Assembly: GCA_001464765.1 (NCBI GenBank)
Contig: LNDV01000031.1
Span: 62,867-126,866, forward strand
DNA length: 64,000 bases
Reading direction: 5' to 3'
Source: Betaproteobacteria bacterium Ga0077526
GTDB taxonomy: Bacteria; Pseudomonadota; Gammaproteobacteria; Burkholderiales; Ga0077523
Both the position numbers and the translations under genes were made by a program. Below, in pieces: positions 57,532 to 64,000 of this stretch. The first letter of the stretch is position 1. Every line of letters starts with the position of its first letter. The notes under the pieces are model-generated. The model saw only the letters and a list, made by a program, of their open reading frames with translations, searched no databases and had not been told where the DNA came from.

Positions 57532-58805
57532 CGAACGTGGCTGGGCAGCCACGTCGTGATGGGCGGGAACACGACCGTCAGGATCAGCACGACGATGGCC
57601 CACGCCAGGAACGGCAGGCTCTGCCACATGACCGGCGCGATGCGTATCTTGCCCACGCTCGACACGACGAACAGCAGCAGGCCGATCGGCGGGTGCATCA
57701 GCCCGATCATCAGATTGAGCACCACGACCGCGCCGAACTGGATCGGATCGATGCCCAGTTCCGCGCCGAGCGGAATCAGCACGGGCAGGAAGATGATCAT
57801 CGCGGGCAGCGGTTCGATGATGCAGCCGATCAGCAGCAGGAATGCGTTGATGATGAGCAGCACCACCACCGGATTCGTGGACCAGCTCTGGATGGTCTCC
57901 ACCACCGTCTGGCTGATCTGGCTCTCGGCCACCAGCCAGGAAAACGGTCCGGCGGCCGCCAGCAGGAACAGGATGATCGCCGTGGAGCGCCCGGCATCGG
58001 CGAGAAGCTTCGGCATCTCGCCCAGGCGGATCCCGCGGTACACGAACAGGCTCACGCCCAATGCGTAGAGGACGGCCACCGCCGCTGCCTCCGTGTCCGT
58101 CGTGTAACCGAACCGGATGCCGCCAATGATGATGACCGGCATCATGAGCGCCCATCCGGCCCGTCCGGTCGCGCGCACCTTTTCCCGGACAGGAACCGGG
58201 GCCGAGGCAGGGAAGCCGCGGAAGCGGGCGACGATGGAGCAGATCACGAGGAAACCGGAAGCCAGCATGAGGCCCGGCATCACGCCGGCCATGAACAGCT
58301 TCACGACGGACTGGCTGGAGAGCTGCGCGTACACCACCATCGGAATCGAGGGTGGAATGATCGGGCCCAGCAAGGCGCCGGCAGCGATGACCGCCCCTGC
58401 GAAGCCGTCCCCGTAACCCGCCTTGCGCATCGCCGGAATCAGCGGCTTGCCCGTGGCCACGGCATCGGCCACCGCAGAACCGGACACGCCGGCCATCACG
58501 AGATTCGTCAGGATCGACACATGCCCCAGGCTGCCGCGGACCCGCCCGACCAGCGCCTGCGCCCAGTCGATGAGGCGCATCGTGAGGCCGCCGCGGTTCA
58601 TGAGTTCCCCGGCGAGGATGAACAGCGGCACCTGCACCAGTGCATAGGTATCCACACCGGCGATCATGAACTGCGGAATCATCGCGGGGTTCACATCGTC
58701 ACCGCGGGACACGACGCCCAGCCATGCGGAGAACAGCATGGAAAAGCCGACGTCGAGCCCGATCAGCAGGGCGAGGATGAAGGCGACGAACAGGAGCAGG
58801 AGCAT
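57528..58805 (-). CDS. dctM: TRAP transporter large permease
   Basis: PLFILAG, GVSGSAVAD, IIPPSIP and HPPIG motifs. Confidence 0.93.
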   Translation of the reverse strand: MLLLLFVAFILALLIGLDVGFSMLFSAWLGVVSRGDDVNPAMIPQFMIAGVDTYALVQVPLFILAGELMNRGGLTMRLIDWAQALVGRVRGSLGHVSILTNLVMAGVSGSAVADAVATGKPLIPAMRKAGYGDGFAGAVIAAGALLGPIIPPSIPMVVYAQLSSQSVVKLFMAGVMPGLMLASGFLVICSIVARFRGFPASAPVPVREKVRATGRAGWALMMPVIIIGGIRFGYTTDTEAAAVAVLYALGVSLFVYRGIRLGEMPKLLADAGRSTAIILFLLAAAGPFSWLVAESQISQTVVETIQSWSTNPVVVLLIINAFLLLIGCIIEPLPAMIIFLPVLIPLGAELGIDPIQFGAVVVLNLMIGLMHPPIGLLLFVVSSVGKIRIAPVMWQSLPFLAWAIVVLILTVVFPPITTWLPSHVR

Positions 58806-58812
58806 TGGGCGA

Positions 58813-59316
58813 CTACTCGGCGTGGGCGGCGCGGGGCACTGGTCGCCCGGCAAGCGCCAGCAGGATGCGCATCGCCAGGAAAAGAGCCATCAGCACCGCG
58901 CTCACCAGGAGCGCCGCGGTCGGCCAGGCTTCGCTGAAGATCGTGCCAAGACGTTCCTGATCCTGCCCGACCAGAAACAGCGGCCAGCCGTACCACCCGA
59001 ACAGCACGATCAGGACGAGCATCAGCGCATCGAACACCACTTCCAGCACGCGTCGCACGACCGGCGGCAATCGCGAATCGATGAGGTCCACCCGGATGTT
59101 CGTACCGTTGCGGATGGCGACGGAGAAACCGAGGAAGGTGAGCCACACGAGGAAGATGCGAGCGTACTGATCGGGGGCAGCCATCGGCAGCGTCATGACG
59201 TGGCGGTCAATGAGCTGGGAGCCCACGATCAGCACGAGCGCCAGTACCAGGGCGGCGATCAGCCAGTCGAGCAGGCGCTCGATCTGCCGGAAGAGAGCCT
59301 CGATGGTGTCGAGCAT
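58813..59316 (-). CDS. dctQ: TRAP transporter small permease
   Basis: Four TM helices, WLTFLG and NIRVD motifs. Confidence 0.88.
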   Translation of the reverse strand: MLDTIEALFRQIERLLDWLIAALVLALVLIVGSQLIDRHVMTLPMAAPDQYARIFLVWLTFLGFSVAIRNGTNIRVDLIDSRLPPVVRRVLEVVFDALMLVLIVLFGWYGWPLFLVGQDQERLGTIFSEAWPTAALLVSAVLMALFLAMRILLALAGRPVPRAAHAE

Positions 59317-59335
59317 GGATGCTGCAGCCGTCGCT

Positions 59336-60328
59336 TCAGTTCTGCGCGTCGCGGATGCGCTGCACCAGTCCGGCCGGCCACACCTTGCCTTCGTAGTTCT
59401 TGTGGATGTCGGCCCACGCCTTCGCGAAGGCGGCACGGTCGGGAATCGTGTACGTGACGCCGGCCTTCTTCAGTTCCTCAAGGCCGTTGCGGTCGAGTTC
59501 CTCGCCGAGCTGCGTGGCGAGCTTGCCGCCTTCCTGCGCCGCGCGCTTGAACAGCGCCTTCTGTTCGGGCGTGAAGGACTTCCACTTGCGCTCGGACACG
59601 TAGAACGCGCCCATGTCGTAGACGTGATCCGTCGCCGACCAGAACTTCGAGACCTCGTGGAAGCGGAACGACAGCGTGAGATCGAAGCCGTTGTCCTGCC
59701 CTTCCACCTGCCCGCGCGACAACGCCATGTAGACCTCGTTCAGACCGAGCGGCACGACCTTGACCCCCAGCACCTCGAACGTGTCGCGGAAGATGGGGAT
59801 GGGGGGAATGCGCAGGCGCATGTCCTTCAGGTCTTCGGGCTTGCGGATCGGACCCTTGGTGGTGACGATCGCCCGGGGGCTGCGGTCGCCGCCGACCGCG
59901 AAGATGCGCACCCCGGCCGATTGGGCGCACTGCTCGTAGAGCGGCTCGAAAATCGGGCCGTTGAGGATGTCCTCCGCGGCGCGCTTGCTCTTGAAGAGGT
60001 AGGGAAGATACGAGACGTTGAGCGGACCGCAGCCCTTCAGCTGCCCGGAGTTGCCCACGCCGAGATAGGCCATGTCGACGGTGCCCAGCTGCATGCCGGC
60101 GATGAGCTGCTGGATGTCGCCGATCTGGCTGTCCGCGTACACCTGAACCTTGACGGCCCCCTTGGACTCGGCACCGACCACCTCGGCGAACTTCTCCATC
60201 GCCTTGTGAAGGTTGCTGCCGGTGACGAAGGGTGTGCCGAACCGGATGTTCATCGTCGCCGAGTGAGCGACTCCCGTGCACAACAGCGCGGCCACCGCGG
60301 CCGCAACACCCAGCCAACGCGTCTTCAT
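59336..60328 (-). CDS. dctP: TRAP transporter substrate-binding protein
   Basis: Signal peptide; DLKDMRLRIP and EVYMALSRGQVEGQDN motifs. Confidence 0.92.
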   Translation of the reverse strand: MKTRWLGVAAAVAALLCTGVAHSATMNIRFGTPFVTGSNLHKAMEKFAEVVGAESKGAVKVQVYADSQIGDIQQLIAGMQLGTVDMAYLGVGNSGQLKGCGPLNVSYLPYLFKSKRAAEDILNGPIFEPLYEQCAQSAGVRIFAVGGDRSPRAIVTTKGPIRKPEDLKDMRLRIPPIPIFRDTFEVLGVKVVPLGLNEVYMALSRGQVEGQDNGFDLTLSFRFHEVSKFWSATDHVYDMGAFYVSERKWKSFTPEQKALFKRAAQEGGKLATQLGEELDRNGLEELKKAGVTYTIPDRAAFAKAWADIHKNYEGKVWPAGLVQRIRDAQN

Positions 60329-60412
60329 CGTTTTCTCCCGTGCTTCAGTCGGCCCGCCGGCGTCGGAACGCGGCGAGTCTGGTCATGCCGGCGGACGCCG
60401 GCCGATGGATAT

Positions 60413-60829
60413 CTACTGTGCGGTCTTGAAATCGAAACCGATATCGAGATACCGGCGACCGGTGAGGTCCTTGGTCTGGCTCAACTTCTGGCCTTGCCAC
60501 TCGACTTCGAAGGTCCAGCGTCCCGACGGCGGACTCACGTAGAAGAAGGGACCCTCGGCATCGGCCTCGACGACGGAATCGCCCTTGGCATCGAGCACGC
60601 GGACCTTGACGCCGCGAGTATCGATGTTGCGCCCGTCGACCTGGAGACGCAGGTGCACCGGGTAGCGTCCCGAGATCTCGACGAAGGACTGCGCCTCGTC
60701 ACCCAGGCCGCCGGTGACGTAGTTCATGCCGCTTTGCTTGCGGACCTTGATGCCGAGCGAAGCTTCGTCTACCGCGAACGCGGTGACGGAAACGCAAAGC
60801 GCCAGCAGAAACATCCATGCTCGAAGCAC
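60413..60829 (-). CDS. Exported protein, carboxypeptidase-regulatory-like beta-sandwich
   Basis: GGAGG RBS before GTG; signal peptide; YVTGGLG..E and GPFFYV..P.G motifs. Confidence 0.72.
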   Translation of the reverse strand: MLRAWMFLLALCVSVTAFAVDEASLGIKVRKQSGMNYVTGGLGDEAQSFVEISGRYPVHLRLQVDGRNIDTRGVKVRVLDAKGDSVVEADAEGPFFYVSPPSGRWTFEVEWQGQKLSQTKDLTGRRYLDIGFDFKTAQ

Positions 60830-60960
60830 TTTCTCCTCCCTGTGTGGAGTAGCCGCGGCAGTGAAGCGCGGGACTCGTCCGGGTTCATGTGCGGCGAGGA
60901 TAGCATGGGGTACGGCGTTGCGACGCTCCCTGCCCCGTGTGGAATCCCGGGGGAGGTGGA

Positions 60961-61686
60961 TCAGAGCTTGACGAGAACTTCCAGGGCGCTGGTACGCATG
61001 CTGTCGGGGAAGCGGCGGCGGAATGCGGCGGCCTCGCGAGCGCCTCGCTCGCCCCAGGTCCGGCCCTTGTCCCGGTCGGGGGCGACGCGCGCGGACTGCA
61101 GGCAGACGACGGCGAGGATGAACTCGATCTCCTCCAGTTCCGGGTGAGCCGGCTGGCGCACCCGCAGGCGTTCGGCAAGACGCACCTGCTCCTGGAGGCG
61201 GGTCCACGGCCAGCGGGTGGAAAGAGGGTCGGCGTCGAAACCGTCGTAGAACTCACCGACGAGCAACCGGTAGGCGGCGTCGCCTCGGGCGGCATCCGGA
61301 TCGAGATCGAGTGCGGCGCGGTAGTACGAGACGCCAGGACCGAATCGACCCGTGTCCACCGCAGGCTTGAGGTCCACGGCACGGGCCTGGAGTTGCGCGA
61401 CCAGATAGTTGGACGGGAGCCCCTGGACCTTGCCGTGCATCGCGATGTCGCGGTTCAGCAGTTCGCGGATCTCATCGACGAGTCGGCCGAGATCGTAGAA
61501 GGCCTCGGCACGGCGCGCTGGCGCCTCGCGGGAACGGGTCTTCTCGAGGTCCGCGGTGGCTCGCGCCAGATAGCGCTCGGCCAGTTCCGCGGTGATCAGA
61601 TCGTGCGCAGACGCCGGAAGGAAGAAGCCTGACGCAAACAGTGTCGACGCGAACAGCGCCCTTGCGAGCGCGCGTCCGCCGCGCAT
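60961..61686 (-). CDS. Exported alpha-helical (TPR/BamD-like) hypothetical protein
   Basis: Signal peptide ending ASA-H; helical repeats; ends FRRRFPDS. Confidence 0.7.
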   Translation of the reverse strand: MRGGRALARALFASTLFASGFFLPASAHDLITAELAERYLARATADLEKTRSREAPARRAEAFYDLGRLVDEIRELLNRDIAMHGKVQGLPSNYLVAQLQARAVDLKPAVDTGRFGPGVSYYRAALDLDPDAARGDAAYRLLVGEFYDGFDADPLSTRWPWTRLQEQVRLAERLRVRQPAHPELEEIEFILAVVCLQSARVAPDRDKGRTWGERGAREAAAFRRRFPDSMRTSALEVLVKL

Positions 61687-62258
61687 CAGGAAGGCTCCAG
61701 AGGCTCGCCGCGAAGAAACGCCAGGGCGCCCGCGTGCGTGGGCAGGGTGCCGTCATCGAGAGCGACGGGGCGATCGGGCACGACGATGCCGATCTGCTCG
61801 GCGTCGCGCTGCAGCGCTTCGGCGATGAGGTAGCCGTGATGGCGGGGAAAGCTCTCCCGGCAGACGAGCTGATAGTCGGCGTCCTCCACCAGAACCCGCA
61901 AGGCGGTCGGAGGAAGTTCACCGAACGGCGGAGCGGCCTTCGCGAGAGCCGCCGCATTCGCTCTGGAGAACACGGCGACATCGGCCTGATCCGTCGCCAT
62001 CAGGCTGCCGATTCGCGCATTGTGCGGTCCGCGCACGACGCGCGCGCGACTGGACGGGAGCTGCTCCATGAGCGAAGCCGCGAGCTTGTCACCGAGACGG
62101 TCGGTGCCCATGTCTTCGCGATTGGTATGGATGAGCAGGAAGCGCTGCCGCAGCACGACCCATTGGCGGAACGGTGTATGCCCGCAGAGCAGGACGCCCG
62201 CCCCCAGGGCACCGGCAGCGACCAGGAAACGGCGTTTCGAATTGGAGAAAGGAGTCAT
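61686..62258 (-). CDS. Tat-signal protein resembling one lobe of a periplasmic binding (TAXI-like) protein
   Basis: SKRRFL twin-Arg motif; TDQADVAV and PTHAGALAF segments. Confidence 0.65.
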   Translation of the reverse strand: MTPFSNSKRRFLVAAGALGAGVLLCGHTPFRQWVVLRQRFLLIHTNREDMGTDRLGDKLAASLMEQLPSSRARVVRGPHNARIGSLMATDQADVAVFSRANAAALAKAAPPFGELPPTALRVLVEDADYQLVCRESFPRHHGYLIAEALQRDAEQIGIVVPDRPVALDDGTLPTHAGALAFLRGEPLEPS

Positions 62259-62329
62259 GGTGTCCGGGCCGGAGCCACCCTCGAAGGGTCGCTCCGGCGA
62301 TGGAAGTCAGCGGCGACGGGCGCCGTGAC

Positions 62330-63592
62330 TCACTTCTTGCCCTTGAAGATCTCGAGCGGGCAGATCGTCGACACAGCGTAGTTCGGAACATCCACAACGT
62401 TGCCGATGCGGAGGTCACACGCGACGCTGGTGATGACGTAGGCCTGCTCGGGCGTGTAGCCCTTGGTCTGCACCAGCCAGTCGATCATGCTCATGAGCGA
62501 GCTGCGGGCGGCGAGGGACAGATCCTCCGACAGGTTGGTGAGCGGCCCCATGATCTTGCCGTCGATGTAGCTGGAGTACGGCGGGATCTCACCGGCCTTC
62601 TTGAGCGGATAGCCCACGGTGGCGTAGAACGCATCGGGCTCCAGCTTCTTGATCTGGGAGCCACCCTCGAAGTGAGGGCCGTTCTTCATCAGCGAGGCCA
62701 TGCCCTTGCGAATCTCGGTGCGCACCGTCACCTTGGCGCCCATCTCGATGGCGGTACCGGCCACTTCACCATCACCCTGTGCGTAGTGGACGTCACCCAC
62801 GAACAGACCGCAGCCGTCCACGAAACAGGGCAGCAGCAGCGTCGTGCCTACGACCATCTGCTTGATGTCCATGTTGCCGCCGTTCTCGCGCGGCGGGATG
62901 GTGCGGACGCACTCGTCCTTGTGGGTGCCGTTCGGACCACAGACATCGCGCGGCATCGCGCTCACCGGCTGGGGCGGCAGGGCGATGCCTCCCGCGGCGC
63001 CGAGGTCCTTTTCGCGCTTGAGGATGTCCTTCACTTCGGGCACGCCCGGCAGGACGCCGACAGTGCCCATGAAGCCGTTGAACGGAATCGCGACGCCCGG
63101 AATCTCAGGAGCCACGGCTTCCAGCCGGTTCAGCCGCCAGTTGGCGATGAAGGGCTTGGTGAAGATGTCCCGCAGGAAGCCGAATCCCGGCACCACGGTC
63201 GTGTAGCCGTACTCGTCGGGCTCGACGTCCACCAGCGTGACGGCGAGCACGTCACCGCGCTTCGCGCCTTCGATGTACACGGGGCCCGTGATGGGGTGGA
63301 CCAGGTTGAGGTCGACGGCACCGATGTCCTTCGGTTCGGAATTCGCCTTGAACTCGCTGTCGAGCGCATCACGCGTCTCGAACAGGATCAGCTGCCCCGG
63401 CTTGGCCGTCGCGATGGGCTTGATCGCGGGGTGATACCGGTTCATGCAATTCGGATCGTCGTTGCAATGGGCGCCCTTCTTTTTCACATACACCCAGGAC
63501 TGCGTTTTGACATCGGTGGTGTCGGCCATGGCCGGAGCGAAGGCGGTGGCGCCGAACAGCGCGGCGCTCAGTGCTGCAAGACGTAGCTTCAC
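62330..63592 (-). CDS. Acetamidase/formamidase family protein with Sec signal peptide
   Basis: NRYHP, HPITGPVYIEGA..GD, PRENGGNMD and GDVH..QGDGE motifs. GGGAGA RBS before GTG; leader KLRLAALSAALFGATAFAPAMA. Confidence 0.9.
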   Translation of the reverse strand: MKLRLAALSAALFGATAFAPAMADTTDVKTQSWVYVKKKGAHCNDDPNCMNRYHPAIKPIATAKPGQLILFETRDALDSEFKANSEPKDIGAVDLNLVHPITGPVYIEGAKRGDVLAVTLVDVEPDEYGYTTVVPGFGFLRDIFTKPFIANWRLNRLEAVAPEIPGVAIPFNGFMGTVGVLPGVPEVKDILKREKDLGAAGGIALPPQPVSAMPRDVCGPNGTHKDECVRTIPPRENGGNMDIKQMVVGTTLLLPCFVDGCGLFVGDVHYAQGDGEVAGTAIEMGAKVTVRTEIRKGMASLMKNGPHFEGGSQIKKLEPDAFYATVGYPLKKAGEIPPYSSYIDGKIMGPLTNLSEDLSLAARSSLMSMIDWLVQTKGYTPEQAYVITSVACDLRIGNVVDVPNYAVSTICPLEIFKGKK

Positions 63593-63759
63593 GTGCACTC
63601 TCCCAAGAATGAGAAGTTTCAAGGATGATTTCTTATGCCGAAGTCCCGACACCCCAGGACCCATCGATGATGCCATTCGAGGGGCGGGTGTCAATGCCAT
63701 GCACACTCCAGTGGCACGCCGGCCGGAAATGCACCGACTTGAAACGACCCCGGGCGGGG

Positions 63760-64000
63760 TCAGAGGCCGGCCACGCGCTGGATGGTCCAGCCCGCTCCCA
63801 GCAGCAGGATCGCACCCGAAAGCACCCTCACCACCCGCACGTCAGCCTCACCGCCCGGGGGAACACCGAGGAGGCGGCGCTCGATCAGGAGGAGTACCGC
63901 GAGCGCCGAGGCCACGACGAGGAGCTGCCCGGCCTCCACGCCCAGATTGAACGCGGCCAGTGCCGGCAGGATCGCGTCCTTCGGCAGTCCGAACTCGCGC
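63760..64000 (-). CDS. HupE/UreJ family membrane protein, C-terminal part
   Basis: Not in the ORF track. My translation of the minus strand gives REFGLPKDAILPALAAFNLGVEAGQL...GWTIQRVAGL*, which carries the FNLGVE.GQL signature. Confidence 0.85.
   Translation of the reverse strand, partial: REFGLPKDAILPALAAFNLGVEAGQLLVVASALAVLLLIERRLLGVPPGGEADVRVVRVLSGAILLLGAGWTIQRVAGL

Overview
This is a gene-dense, high-GC bacterial chromosome segment. Its gene content and order (radA/alr/lplT, tsaB-rimI-udg, psrA-fadE-fadL-fadN-fadA, etfBA) suggest a Betaproteobacterium. I see no rRNA, tRNA, CRISPR array, integrase or transposase. From left to right: hpnCDE squalene genes; ETF-QO coupled to a 'Gcr recombinase'-family membrane protein; a large fatty-acid beta-oxidation region with a PsrA-type operator; a pseudo-cyclase-PEGA / TssQ-like lipoprotein / Ser-Thr kinase triad; and a ~5.9 kb accessory block between radA and alr. 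That block holds a trypsin-like protease, fumC, a tandem-repeat protein, a GGDEF protein and two Crp paralogues, and it carries three copies of a TGTNCG-N4-CGNACA palindrome. Next come lemA-TPM-TPM, tsaB-rimI-udg, Fur plus a His-rich DmeF coupled to an SDR / 3-hydroxyacid dehydrogenase / BKACE trio, a CFA-type methyltransferase + geranylgeranyl-reductase pair (candidate 10-methyl fatty-acid synthesis), an orphan ParA, a B3/4 protein, DUF898-M48 and a TRAP transporter. At the right end is a cluster around a signal-peptide-bearing acetamidase/formamidase, with exported His-N-terminal accessory proteins and HupE/UreJ. The best candidates for undescribed systems are the periplasmic amidase cluster, the GGDEF/dual-Crp island with its operator motif, and the pseudo-cyclase/kinase triad. 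All family calls are made by eye from motifs; no searches were run.
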